A stretch of 64,000 bases of DNA from Blastocatellia bacterium (GTDB lineage Bacteria; Acidobacteriota; Blastocatellia; Pyrinomonadales; Pyrinomonadaceae): assembly GCA_963765045.1 (NCBI GenBank), contig CAVXVF010000003.1, positions 171,488 through 235,487 on the forward strand. Direction: 5' to 3'. The notes under the pieces were generated by a model. That model ran no database searches and was not told the origin of the DNA. It was given only the letters and a program-made list of their open reading frames with translations. Both the position numbers and the translations under genes were made by a program. Positions 1 to 9,039 of the stretch are shown piece after piece (position 1 is the first letter of the stretch; each line of letters starts with the position of its first letter).

Positions 1-344
1 AGAAACGCAAAAAAATATTAGCCTTAGCCAAAGGCTATCGTGGAACGAAATCGAAACTATATCGTTCGGCCAAAGAGTCGGTCGAACGCACGCTTAACTT
101 TGCCTACACCGGCCGAAAGCTGAAAAAGCGAGACTTTCGTAAACTGTGGATCGTCCGCATCAATGCGGCCTGCCGCTTGAACGACATCAAGTATTCGCAG
201 TTTATTCATGGCCTGAACCTTGCCGAGATCGAACTCGACCGAAAAGTCCTGGCCGATCTCGCCGTAAAACAGCCTGAGGCTTTTGCTTCGGTTGTCGGCC
301 AGGCTAAGGATGCATTGAGCAAGCAGACGCAAGCGGCTGCTTAG
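1..344 (+). CDS. rplT: 50S ribosomal protein L20 (5' end cut by window edge)
   Basis: Frame 3 reads [71 protein letters not shown]... up to TAG at 342-344. It is absent from the ORF track because there is no start codon in the window. Confidence 0.93.
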   Translation, partial: KRKKILALAKGYRGTKSKLYRSAKESVERTLNFAYTGRKLKKRDFRKLWIVRINAACRLNDIKYSQFIHGLNLAEIELDRKVLADLAVKQPEAFASVVGQAKDALSKQTQAAA

Positions 345-366
345 TCAGTTAAGCAAACAAAAGGGT

Positions 367-400
367 GGGGCTTCGTTTGACGGAGCCTCGTACTTTTTAT
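367..400. terminator. Bidirectional hairpin terminator between convergent rplT and kbl
   Basis: ggggcttcg (367-375) pairs with cggagcctc (381-389), with G:U wobbles, followed by tactttttat. Confidence 0.5.
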
Positions 401-1578
401 ATCCCCAACTCCGCCTTTGCCTCAGCAAACATCGCAACCGCAAAATCCAAATCCTCACGAGTGTGAGCGGCTGAGACCTGCGTTCGGATGCGGGCCTTTC
501 CTTTTGGAACAACCGGGAATGAAAATGGAATCACGTAAACCCCTTTTTCCAGAAGAGCCTCGGCCATTTTAACCGCCGGTCCGGCGTCACCAAACATAAC
601 CGGGACGATCGGGTGCTCGCCCGCGAGAATGTCCAGCCCAACGGCCGACAATTTTTCTCTAAAATAGCGTGTATTGTCCTGAAGCCTGTCACGCAGATCG
701 GTCGATTCGGTAAGCAATTCGACGGCTTTTATCGAGGCCGCAACGATGGGCGGAGCGACCGAGTTTGAAAACAGATATGGCCGGGAACGCTGACGCAGCA
801 GGTCAATTATTTCTTTCTTGCCGCTTGTATAACCTCCGCTGGCGCCACCGAGAGCCTTGCCGAGCGTTCCCGTTATAATGTCTATTCGGTCCATAACATT
901 ATGATGCTCGTGCGTTCCGCGGCCGGTTTTGCCCATGAATCCGACAGCGTGCGAATCGTCGATCATCACTAGAGCCTCGTACCTATCCGCAAGGTCGCAA
1001 ATCTCAGGGAGGTTCGCGATAAAACCATCCATCGAAAAAATACCGTCGGTCGCGATCATCTTGAACCTGGTTGAAGATGCTTCCTGCAGTTTCGCCTCAA
1101 GGTCAGCCATATCGCCGTTCCTATATCGAAATCGCTGAGCTTTGCTTAAACGAATGCCGTCGATGACGCTGGCATGATTAAGTTCGTCCGATATCACAGC
1201 ATCTTCCTCGCCCAAAACCGTCTCAAAAAGCCCACCGTTCGCGTCAAAGCACGATGTGTAAAGGATCGTGTCTTCTGTACCGAGAAAGGTGCTGATCTTT
1301 GCCTCAAGCTGTTTATGGACCGTCTGTGTGCCGCAAATAAAGCGAACTGACGAGAGGCCGAAGCCCCAGTCCTTCAGGCCTTGGTGAGCCGCCTTGACAA
1401 TCGCGGGGTGATCAGACAGACCGAGGTAATTGTTGGCACACATATTCAGCACTTCGCGGCCGCCTACGTTAATATGCGCGTCCTGTGGTCCATCGATTAC
1501 CCGCTCTGATTTATAAAGTCCGGCCTCGCGGATGTCGCTCAGCGTGTTTTCTAAATGCTTTTTGAATTTGCCGTACAT
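397..1578 (-). CDS. kbl: 2-amino-3-ketobutyrate CoA ligase (glycine C-acetyltransferase)
   Basis: 393 aa. Class-II aminotransferase/AONS-family sequence ([21 protein letters not shown]-like GTLGKALGG). Sits directly downstream of tdh, as in the canonical tdh-kbl pair. Confidence 0.9.
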   Translation of the reverse strand: MYGKFKKHLENTLSDIREAGLYKSERVIDGPQDAHINVGGREVLNMCANNYLGLSDHPAIVKAAHQGLKDWGFGLSSVRFICGTQTVHKQLEAKISTFLGTEDTILYTSCFDANGGLFETVLGEEDAVISDELNHASVIDGIRLSKAQRFRYRNGDMADLEAKLQEASSTRFKMIATDGIFSMDGFIANLPEICDLADRYEALVMIDDSHAVGFMGKTGRGTHEHHNVMDRIDIITGTLGKALGGASGGYTSGKKEIIDLLRQRSRPYLFSNSVAPPIVAASIKAVELLTESTDLRDRLQDNTRYFREKLSAVGLDILAGEHPIVPVMFGDAGPAVKMAEALLEKGVYVIPFSFPVVPKGKARIRTQVSAAHTREDLDFAVAMFAEAKAELGI

Positions 1579-1619
1579 ATAAATACTCAGTATTACAGTT
1601 GAAAGGCTTAATCGTTCGG

Positions 1620-1787
1620 TTATGGGTTTTTCCTAATTTCTTTTTGTACCGCGTCGAGTTTCTCATAGGTAAGGTAAACTGAGCCGCGATCGGTGTCGAC
1701 CAGCGAACATTGAGAGAGGCTTTCGTCTGCCACCAAGAACAGAATCAAGCTTGCGAAAAGCGCCAAACGTTTGGAACGAATCGTCAT
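1620..1787 (-). CDS. Possible 55-aa small secreted protein between tdh and kbl
   Basis: ATG at 1787 lies 3 nt after the tdh stop. Reads [55 protein letters not shown] with a signal-peptide-like N-terminus. It is below the ORF-track size cutoff, and I can cite no homology. Confidence 0.25.
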   Translation of the reverse strand: MTIRSKRLALFASLILFLVADESLSQCSLVDTDRGSVYLTYEKLDAVQKEIRKNP

Positions 1788-1790
1788 TGT

Positions 1791-2825
1791 TTACATCTCG
1801 TTAAAGTCAAGAACCACCTTCCCACAGCTACCCGACCGGATTGCTTCAAATCCCTGCTCAAAATCCTTATACGAATACCGATGCGTGATCACAGGCGAGA
1901 TATCGACGCCTGTTTCGAGGAGGACGCTCATTTGGTACCAGGTTTCGTACATCTGGCGGCCATAGATGCCTTTGATGGTGATCATGTTGAAGATGACGGT
2001 CTTCCAGTCGATCGCGAACTGCTCGCTAGGAATTCCCAAGAAGGCGATGTGGCCGCCGTGGAACATATTTGCAAGCATGTCCTTAAAAGCCGCCGGAACG
2101 CCGGACATCTCCATCCCGACGTCAAAGCCTTCCTTCATACCAAGTTCTCTTTGTACGTCTTTGATCGAGGTCTTGCTGACATCGACCGCCCTGGTGACGT
2201 GTCCCATCTTCTCGGCTAGTTCCAAACGAAATGGATTTATGTCTGTGATAACGATATTTCTCGCACCTGCGTGTTTCGCGACGGCGGAGGCCATGATGCC
2301 GATCGGGCCTGCACCAGTGATGAGAACATCCTCGCCGAATACCTCGAAGGCGAGTGCTGTGTGGACTGCGTTGCCGAACGGATCATAGATCGCGGCGACT
2401 TCCAGGTCAATATCGGGTTTGTGCTTCCAAATGTTGGTGACCGGAACGGCAATAAACTCCGCAAAGCCGCCGTTCGTGTTCACGCCGACCCCGCGTGTAT
2501 TTGCACACAAAGCCCGCCGACCGGCCATGCAGTTTCGGCAGCGTCCGCAAACGAGATGGCCTTCGACGCTGACGATGTCGCCAGCTTGGAAATCGAGAAC
2601 GTTCGACCCGACATCGACGATCTCGCCGACGAACTCATGCCCGATCGTGGTAGGCACCTTTATCGTCGCCTGTGCCCACGCGTCCCAGTTGTAAATATGC
2701 AGGTCGGTTCCACAGATCCCGCCTTTCTTGACGCGGATCATGACGTCGTTGATGCCCATTTCCGGTTCGGACACGTCCTCGATCCATAGTCCCGGTTCGG
2801 CCTTGCTCTTTACTATCGCTTTCAT
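1791..2825 (-). CDS. tdh: L-threonine 3-dehydrogenase
   Basis: Zn-dependent MDR dehydrogenase: [35 protein letters not shown]. The ATG at 2825 gives 344 aa. The longer track ORF (to 3026) would overlap pheS and adds non-homologous residues. Confidence 0.9.
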   Translation of the reverse strand: MKAIVKSKAEPGLWIEDVSEPEMGINDVMIRVKKGGICGTDLHIYNWDAWAQATIKVPTTIGHEFVGEIVDVGSNVLDFQAGDIVSVEGHLVCGRCRNCMAGRRALCANTRGVGVNTNGGFAEFIAVPVTNIWKHKPDIDLEVAAIYDPFGNAVHTALAFEVFGEDVLITGAGPIGIMASAVAKHAGARNIVITDINPFRLELAEKMGHVTRAVDVSKTSIKDVQRELGMKEGFDVGMEMSGVPAAFKDMLANMFHGGHIAFLGIPSEQFAIDWKTVIFNMITIKGIYGRQMYETWYQMSVLLETGVDISPVITHRYSYKDFEQGFEAIRSGSCGKVVLDFNEM

Positions 2826-2976
2826 TCGGTTTGCGTAATTTCTTATCGTTGAATTCAACAATAATATCAAAGGCGGCCCGTACACGCGAACCTGTGATTT
2901 ACGAGACGCCGATCCGCTGTTAAAATTGCCTTGCGGATTGTATTTTCTACCGCTAAATCGGTTATCCTTTGTGTTT

Positions 2977-4068
2977 ATGTCTGAAGCGAAAGAACAAGTC
3001 GAGGCGGCTCGAACGGCCTTCATCAAAGACTTTGAACGGTTTGAAGATCTGGATCTGAATGGCGGCGGCCTTGCGGACGCGGAGGCCCTCTTGCGCGAGG
3101 TCGGCGAGATCAGGATCCGTCATACGGGAAGAAAGTCGGCGCTCGCCGAAACCAAGAAGCTTATCGGCAAAGTTGCTACTGAAGAACGCGGAGAGTTCGG
3201 CCAGTTCGTCCAATCGATCGAAAAAGAAGTCATTGAAAAGATCGAATCTGCGGAGGCCAGGCTAAACGATTTTATTGTAAAAGCCAGGACCGAAGCTGAA
3301 CGGCTTGACGTGACGATCCCGGGGCTACGACCGCGGACAGGGCATCTGCACCCGATCACGATCCTGCGGCAGAAGATCGAGGATATTTTTGTGTCGATGG
3401 GATATTCAATCGAGGACGACCGCGAGATCGAGACGGATTATTACAATTTCGACGCGTTGAATATTCCCGAAGGGCACCCCGCGCGGCATACGCAGGACAC
3501 CTTCTACACGACGAGTGGTTTTGCTCTTCGCTCGCAGACCTCGACCGTGCAGATCCGTGCAATGGAGCGACGCGGCGTACCGATACGCATTATCGCTCCG
3601 GGCAAGGTCTTCCGTCGCGATACGCCCGATATGACGCACGTACCGATGTTCCACCAGATCGAGGGCCTGTGCGTCGATAAGGGCATAACGATGGCCCATC
3701 TTAAAGGCACTGTGACAGAATGGCTGCGACGGCTATTTGGCGAAGACACGAAAACACGTTTTCGCCCGTCGTACTTCCCCTTCACCGAGCCGTCGGCCGA
3801 ATTCGACTTCTCGTGCTTCAAATGCCACGGCACCGGCAAATTCGAAAACGACCGCTGCCGTCCGTGCAAAGGATCCGGCTGGATCGAATTGGGCGGCTCC
3901 GGCATGGTCCATCCAAATGTTCTGAAGGCCGTTGGGGTCGATCCGCAGGTCTATTCCGGCTTCGCATTTGGCTTCGGCCTCGAACGTATGTGCGCGATGA
4001 TGTATTCGCTCGACGATATTCGACTGATGTTCGATAACGACGTGAGATTTTTGGAACAGTTTAAGTAA
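2977..4068 (+). CDS. pheS: Phenylalanine--tRNA ligase alpha subunit
   Basis: Class II aaRS motifs ([50 protein letters not shown]). ATG at 2977. Confidence 0.95.
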   Translation: MSEAKEQVEAARTAFIKDFERFEDLDLNGGGLADAEALLREVGEIRIRHTGRKSALAETKKLIGKVATEERGEFGQFVQSIEKEVIEKIESAEARLNDFIVKARTEAERLDVTIPGLRPRTGHLHPITILRQKIEDIFVSMGYSIEDDREIETDYYNFDALNIPEGHPARHTQDTFYTTSGFALRSQTSTVQIRAMERRGVPIRIIAPGKVFRRDTPDMTHVPMFHQIEGLCVDKGITMAHLKGTVTEWLRRLFGEDTKTRFRPSYFPFTEPSAEFDFSCFKCHGTGKFENDRCRPCKGSGWIELGGSGMVHPNVLKAVGVDPQVYSGFAFGFGLERMCAMMYSLDDIRLMFDNDVRFLEQFK

Positions 4069-4070
4069 AA

Positions 4071-4376
4071 ATGGGTTGGGCTACTCATTACATTGCTAAA
4101 CTCAAAGATGGCGAAGCTGTTTCCTTCAGGCCTCGAGGCCATTCAATGAAAGGAGAGATTGAATCAGGTCAGTTATGCACCGTCGAACCTGTTTCAGACA
4201 TCGCAACTCTCGATAAGGGCAATATTGTTCTCTGCAAAGTGAATGGAAACGAATATTTGCATTTGATAAAAGCGATCCAGGGTTCGCGCTTTCAAATCGG
4301 TAACAATCGCGGGCGGATCAACGGTTGGATAGGCCCGAAATCGATCTTTGGAAAGTGTGTTAAAGTTGAGGACTAG
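4071..4376 (+). CDS. Stand-alone mini S24 (LexA/UmuD-type) peptidase-like protein, 101 aa
   Basis: GHSMKGEIESGQ (Ser nucleophile context G-x-S-M) and LHLIKAI (candidate general-base Lys), with no DNA-binding domain. Starts 2 nt after the pheS stop. Confidence 0.55.
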   Translation: MGWATHYIAKLKDGEAVSFRPRGHSMKGEIESGQLCTVEPVSDIATLDKGNIVLCKVNGNEYLHLIKAIQGSRFQIGNNRGRINGWIGPKSIFGKCVKVED

Positions 4377-4384
4377 GAGTATTT

Positions 4385-4591
4385 ATGCAAGTCACAACTA
4401 TTGAAGGTATTGTCAAGAATGGACAGATACAAGTAGACGAAGATATTATTCTGCCAGAGATGACAAAGGTTTTCGTTATTATTCCACGAGATGAAAACGT
4501 CAGGCGTGTTATGAGTCCGAGACTTGTTAACAAAGCCGACGCGAAAATATTCGAAAAAACGGTCGAGGTTGATCTTGATGACGAAATTTGA
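4385..4591 (+). CDS. Small DUF104/AF2212-like (antitoxin-like) protein, 68 aa
   Basis: The N-terminal pattern IEGIVKNGQIQVDEDIILPEMTKVFVIIP matches the 'G.I.P.....LPEG..V.V.I' shape of DUF104 antitoxins. Acidic C-terminus. Overlaps the next ORF by 14 nt. Confidence 0.5.
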   Translation: MQVTTIEGIVKNGQIQVDEDIILPEMTKVFVIIPRDENVRRVMSPRLVNKADAKIFEKTVEVDLDDEI

Positions 4592-4967
4592 TGCCTCTTA
4601 TGATCCGCCTGCCCCGATCGAAAAAATAGCAATAAAGACCATTGAAAGCGGAGAACGATTGCGAGACGTTAAAATGCTTCTCGACACAGGTTCGGATATT
4701 ACCCTTTTGCCGAAGACGAACTTGCTTGAATTAGGCATCGAACCTTCCGATAAGACATTTGAATTGATCGGGTTCGACGGGCACATTATCAAGTCGGAAA
4801 TTTATCATCTGCAAGTAATTTTTCTTGGGAAGCGTTTCACTGGCAACTATTGCGCGATAGATGATGTGGTTGGGATTCTCGGCCGAGACATTCTTAATCA
4901 AATTACAATTATATTTGACGGTCCAGGTTTAGAATGGGAGGAGATTCAATCGACCTCTTTAAAATAA
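4578..4967 (+). CDS. Retropepsin-like (clan AA) aspartyl protease, ~129 aa
   Basis: All three retropepsin signatures are present: LLDTGSD (catalytic DTG), flap-like IGFDG, and ILGRDILNQ (compare retroviral IIGRNLL). The ATG at 4578 overlaps the upstream stop (atgacgaaatttga). Confidence 0.75.
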   Translation: MTKFDASYDPPAPIEKIAIKTIESGERLRDVKMLLDTGSDITLLPKTNLLELGIEPSDKTFELIGFDGHIIKSEIYHLQVIFLGKRFTGNYCAIDDVVGILGRDILNQITIIFDGPGLEWEEIQSTSLK

Positions 4968-4976
4968 CATTATTGC

Positions 4977-7067
4977 ATGAACATCAGTTACAACTGGTTA
5001 AAAGACTTGATCGCGATCGATTTGTCCGCCGAGGAATTGGCTGAGAAATTGACGCGTGTCGGTTTGGCGGTCGAAGGCATTCATCCTCATGAGGATGATT
5101 TTGTTTTTGATATCGATCTGACGTCGAATCGGCCAGACTGTTTGTCGCATCTCGGCGTGGCCCGCGAAATCGGCGTCATCACTGGGAATCCGCTGTTTCC
5201 GAAAGTTCAGACGCGGCCTTTGGATATAGACGTGCCAATCCCGGCGATCCTTGCTCCGGATATCGTCAAAATCGAAGACCCAGACCTTTGCCACCGGTTC
5301 ACGGCGCGGATTATCAGGAACGTGAAGATCGGCCCCTCGCCGGAGTTTCTTATACAGCGGCTTGAGGCAATCGGTGAGCGTTCGATCAATAACATCGCCG
5401 ACATTACGAATTACGTTATGCATGAGCTTGGGCAGCCGATGCACGCGTTCGATCTCGACAAATTGGCCGAGAAGCGGATCGTTGTCCGCCGGGCAAAAGC
5501 CGGTGAAACGATCAAGACGCTTGATGATGTCGACCGGAAGCTAGATGAAACCATATTGACTATCTGTGATTCGGAAAAACCGGCTGCAATCGGCGGTGTA
5601 ATGGGCGGGCTCGATTCGAGCATCACTGAAGATACAGCTAATGTGTTAATTGAGGTTGCGTTCTTTAAGCGTGAAAGTATAAGGCAGACATCCCGCAAGG
5701 TCGGGCTTGCGACCGAAGCCAGCTATCGCTTTGAACGCGGCGTGGATATAGAGAATCTGAAAGCGGCTTCTGACCGCGCGGCTGAGCTGATACAGGAACT
5801 TGCGGGCGGGGATCTCGGCGAATTCATCGACGTTTATCCGACCAAGCATAAGCGTAATCGCGTTGAGTCAAAGGATATTTCGCCATCCGTAATGCGGCTG
5901 ACTGGTCTGGATGTCCCGCAAAATGCCTGCCTTAACATTCTGGCAAATTTAGGTATTGCCGCGGATGAAGCGAGTACACCGGTCGTGTTCACATCGCCAT
6001 CGTGGCGCCACGATATTGCGATCGAAGAAGACCTGGTTGAAGAAATTGCACGGCACACCGGCTACGAAAACATCGCCGACAAACTGCCGCCGGCTTACGG
6101 AGCAGGCGAATATCAGGGATCTGAGGTGCGTAAGAAGCTGCTGCGACAGACGCTCGTAGACATTGGGTTTGACGAGGCAATCTCCTACAGTTTTATCGAT
6201 ACAAAGTTTGACGATAAGTACGAGTTGATACCCGGAATTGTTGACGAGAACGCAGCGGACAAATTCGTAACCCTTCAGGATTCGGTCATCGAAGGTGCTG
6301 TCCGAATGCGTCCGACGCTTCTGCCCGGACTACTTGATTCGGTTCGGCTTAATCTCAATCATCAACGCCGCGATTTGCGTCTTTTCGAAATCGGAAAGGC
6401 CTTTGCCGCCGGGCAGGGCGAAGATAATCTTCCGATTGAACGCGAGCTGTTCTCTATCGTGTTGACCGGCGGCGAGGCATTGAAAAAGCGCATGATGCCG
6501 GCTCGCGCATTGGATTTTTACGATGCCAAGGGAGCAGTCGAAGCGGCGCTCGATGCGGTCGGGTTCGAATCGGTTGAATTTCGCGATGCGAATGTCAAAC
6601 ATCTTCGCGCTGGACAAACGGCCTCGATCCACATCGACGGCGGCTGTATCGGCACACTTGGGCGTCTGAACGAAGATATCTCGTCCGAATACAAGTTCAA
6701 GCAGCCTGTATATTTGGCGGAGATAGATCTTGACGCAGTGTTTTCGCGAAACACACAGCCGATCCTTTACCGGCCGCTGCATAAGTATCCGTCAATCACC
6801 CGTGATGTGTCGCTTTTGGTCGATCGGACGACTACATTTGACGATATTCGAGCAGCCGTAATCGATCATGATGCGGATCTTTGTCGTAATGTTGGGTTTG
6901 TGGACATCTTCGACGTTAAGGATGCTGTAGACGGTAAACGCTCGCTGACTATAAGGCTAGAGTATCGAAGCGACGAGCGAACCCTTGTTGATGAAGAGGT
7001 TACGGCTGTTCATGAAGGTATTTTAGAGAGTTTAGGTAAAACATTAGGGGTTGAACAGCGGTCTTAA
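4977..7067 (+). CDS. pheT: Phenylalanine--tRNA ligase beta subunit (short form, no N-terminal OB tRNA-binding domain)
   Basis: 696 aa. Contains B3/4, B5 and FDX-ACB regions. The N-terminus runs from AVEGIHPHEDDFVFDIDLTSNRPDCLSHLGVAREI straight into the B3/4 region. Confidence 0.93.
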   Translation: MNISYNWLKDLIAIDLSAEELAEKLTRVGLAVEGIHPHEDDFVFDIDLTSNRPDCLSHLGVAREIGVITGNPLFPKVQTRPLDIDVPIPAILAPDIVKIEDPDLCHRFTARIIRNVKIGPSPEFLIQRLEAIGERSINNIADITNYVMHELGQPMHAFDLDKLAEKRIVVRRAKAGETIKTLDDVDRKLDETILTICDSEKPAAIGGVMGGLDSSITEDTANVLIEVAFFKRESIRQTSRKVGLATEASYRFERGVDIENLKAASDRAAELIQELAGGDLGEFIDVYPTKHKRNRVESKDISPSVMRLTGLDVPQNACLNILANLGIAADEASTPVVFTSPSWRHDIAIEEDLVEEIARHTGYENIADKLPPAYGAGEYQGSEVRKKLLRQTLVDIGFDEAISYSFIDTKFDDKYELIPGIVDENAADKFVTLQDSVIEGAVRMRPTLLPGLLDSVRLNLNHQRRDLRLFEIGKAFAAGQGEDNLPIERELFSIVLTGGEALKKRMMPARALDFYDAKGAVEAALDAVGFESVEFRDANVKHLRAGQTASIHIDGGCIGTLGRLNEDISSEYKFKQPVYLAEIDLDAVFSRNTQPILYRPLHKYPSITRDVSLLVDRTTTFDDIRAAVIDHDADLCRNVGFVDIFDVKDAVDGKRSLTIRLEYRSDERTLVDEEVTAVHEGILESLGKTLGVEQRS

Positions 7068-7159
7068 AAAATGTTAATAACTTACTTGAAGTTTTTTCAA
7101 AAAATACCCATAATCAAAACCTAAAATATTTATCGATTCCTAAATACGGAGACTGCTTA

Positions 7160-7453
7160 ATGAATGGCCTAACGGGGATGGAGAAGTTCTCTCATCTCGA
7201 AGATAAGATTTACCTCACAATCGAATTTGCAAAAAAGATTCGGGAAGAAAAGGAAAAGATCGAACGCGAAGCCGTTTCATTGAGACGCGACGCGGCAAGC
7301 CTTATGGCCGAGAATACCAGGCTGGAAGAAAAGGTCGAGAAGCTGCTTTCCGAACGGGACGCTATTCAGCTAAAAGTTGAAGCTATGCTGGACGCGATGA
7401 CGACGATTGATGCCGAGGTTGCCGAGGCGGTTGGGAGGCAGCAGCACGCATGA
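7160..7453 (+). CDS. ZapB-like coiled-coil cell-division protein
   Basis: Entirely heptad/coiled-coil: FSHLEDKIYLTIEFAKKIREEKEKIEREAV..LEEKVEKLLSERD. Translationally coupled (ATGA) to zapA. An alternative start exists at 7178. Confidence 0.6.
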   Translation: MNGLTGMEKFSHLEDKIYLTIEFAKKIREEKEKIEREAVSLRRDAASLMAENTRLEEKVEKLLSERDAIQLKVEAMLDAMTTIDAEVAEAVGRQQHA

Positions 7454-7800
7454 TAAGCGGTAAAGGAAAAGCGGAATCTTCGGAGCAATCGATCAAGGTC
7501 GAGATTTATAATCAGACTTACAGCATCAGGTCCGATGGTGATAACGATTACATTCTGCATTTGGCCGACTATGTTGACGGAAAGATGCGCGAGATTTCAT
7601 CGGGAACGCTGACCGTTGACTCACTCAAGGTCGCAATTCTTGCGGCCCTGCACATCGCGGACGAATATCACCAGGTAAAGAACATGCAGGCCCAGCTTGA
7701 TGCCCAGCTTGGATCGAGAAGTTCGGAATGTTCGGAAATGCTCGACCGCGTGCTGAAGCACAAAGAAGCCGCTCCGCAGGAATTCGAACGCGAGCAGTAG
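7450..7800 (+). CDS. zapA: Cell division protein ZapA
   Basis: IKVEIYNQTYSIRSDGDNDYILHLADYVDGKMREIS...LKVAILAALHIADEY is a typical ZapA core, in the usual position after pheT. Confidence 0.85.
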   Translation: MISGKGKAESSEQSIKVEIYNQTYSIRSDGDNDYILHLADYVDGKMREISSGTLTVDSLKVAILAALHIADEYHQVKNMQAQLDAQLGSRSSECSEMLDRVLKHKEAAPQEFEREQ

Positions 7801-7810
7801 CCGAATTAAA

Positions 7811-7880
7811 AAGGTAAGAGTAAAAAGATAAAGCAAAACGATATCGCTGCTTTATTTTTACTTTTACCTTTTTACTTTTT
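7811..7880 (+). terminator. Long AT-rich hairpin terminator after zapA
   Basis: aaggtaagagtaaaaagataaagc (7811-7834) pairs with gctttatttttacttttacctt (7849-7870), followed by tttacttttt. Confidence 0.6.
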
Positions 7881-7886
7881 ACTTGC

Positions 7887-8040
7887 AGCCCGCTGTGCTA
7901 GACTTTCAATTGGCGAAGGAATTCTACTGCGTAGCTCGTTACTGAACGCAAACATAATTGAGCCAACACTTGAATTGCGGGAGGCTAATGCCGGTTTCGG
8001 TGCAATCTTCCATGTTGAAGATTTGCCATAGGATCCGGCT
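7887..8040 (+). ncRNA. ssrS: Candidate 6S RNA (ssrS): a ~155-nt rod-like imperfect hairpin
   Basis: Lies in a 345-nt gap between convergent genes, directly downstream of zapA (a conserved ssrS position). Hand-folded pairs: agcc 7887-90 with ggct 8037-40; tttcaa 7904-09 with ttgaag 8015-20; tgg 7911-13 with cca 8010-12; aagg 7916-19 with tctt 8006-09; tagc 7932-35 with gcta 7984-87; cgcaa 7947-51 with ttgcg 7975-79. An unpaired 7920-31 / 7988-8005 segment could be the central bubble. G:U pairs favour the + strand. Confidence 0.4.
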
Positions 8041-8146
8041 ATGATGTTTCGAAAGAAGCAGATCGCCGCCCACCTGTTAAAAGCAGGTTCAATTCATGCG
8101 TTTGGAACGGCCATGTGGTTCTCTCTCGCCTTTTATATTTCCCCTC

Positions 8147-8929
8147 TTATAATTTATCCTCGGCAAGCTCATTTTCAAGTTCCCTTTGGATTTCTTCGGT
8201 CATTCGAGCTTCTTCAAGCGCGATCGGCAGTGTCTGCGAACGGGCGGAAAGTTTCTTTAAGGCCAGTTCGGAATCCGCAAGACTTCGTCCGCGAGTTGCT
8301 GCGGCTTCGATCATCTGAAGCCGGGCCTCTGCCTCTGAAAGCATTAATTTAGCTTCCTCGTTTATCGACGCTATCTTTTCCGCATCCCGATCAATTTGTG
8401 AACGGAAATCCCCGGCCTTTTCGCTTTTTAGGCTTTTTAACTTCGATTTACGCCGCTGGGTTAACAACAGTTCTTTCTTTGACGATTTGACGATGCGTGT
8501 TGCCGTTAAACGCGACGCAAGCGTTTCGCGATAAGCGTCGGCAAGCAACAGATCCGATCGTCCAATATCTTTTAGCGCCCGTTTTTCATTGGATTTCAGT
8601 TCGTGTCTGAACCAATCGATCTCCTCGGCCCGGATCCCATCCGCGGCGATCTTTTCACGCATTTCCTTTGTCCAGTTTGAATGCCTGTAGGCAAATATCG
8701 CAGATGCGGTAACACCGGCGAGAAAGCCGATAGCAGTAACAATGATACCGAGCACAAAAATCGTAAATGCGACCGGTGGAGTGGTTCCAAAGAGCAGAGT
8801 GAGCGCGAGAAATAAGCCCGCTGGCACCAGAGTAAGCAGCGGCGGAGCCGTCCAAGCAGCGATCTTTAAATTACGGCCACGTGCAAGTTCCCTGTCCGTA
8901 ACCTTATATTTAGTTAGGTGATCGTCCAT
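8147..8929 (-). CDS. Hypothetical membrane protein (2 TM) with long C-terminal coiled coil
   Basis: 260 aa. Hydrophobic segments AAWTAPPLLTLVPAGLFLALTLLF and FTIFVLGIIVTAIGFLAGVTASAIF, followed by a charged heptad-rich tail. Confidence 0.6.
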   Translation of the reverse strand: MDDHLTKYKVTDRELARGRNLKIAAWTAPPLLTLVPAGLFLALTLLFGTTPPVAFTIFVLGIIVTAIGFLAGVTASAIFAYRHSNWTKEMREKIAADGIRAEEIDWFRHELKSNEKRALKDIGRSDLLLADAYRETLASRLTATRIVKSSKKELLLTQRRKSKLKSLKSEKAGDFRSQIDRDAEKIASINEEAKLMLSEAEARLQMIEAAATRGRSLADSELALKKLSARSQTLPIALEEARMTEEIQRELENELAEDKL

Positions 8930-9039
8930 TTATTCATTTTTACTTTACAAACAGTGCAAACTAAATTCAATCTTGCGGCATCACAAAGTTTAACCCTTCA
9001 AATGTAATGTATTATGATTACGAGAGTTTCTGAACGGGC

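Noticed and set aside
57-332. 91-aa minus-strand ORF at the window start
   Set aside because: It lies entirely antisense to the unmistakable rplT reading frame (1-344, + strand), so it is a shadow ORF.
1710-2789. Several + strand ORFs (1710-2219, 1966-2388, 2271-2789, 2419-2694)
   Set aside because: All are antisense to tdh. They have no motifs and are typical shadow frames.
2826-3026. Longer start choices for tdh (3026) and pheS (2926) given by the ORF track
   Set aside because: They would make the divergent genes overlap by 100 nt and add N-terminal residues with no homology. Internal ATGs at 2825 and 2977 give canonical N-termini.
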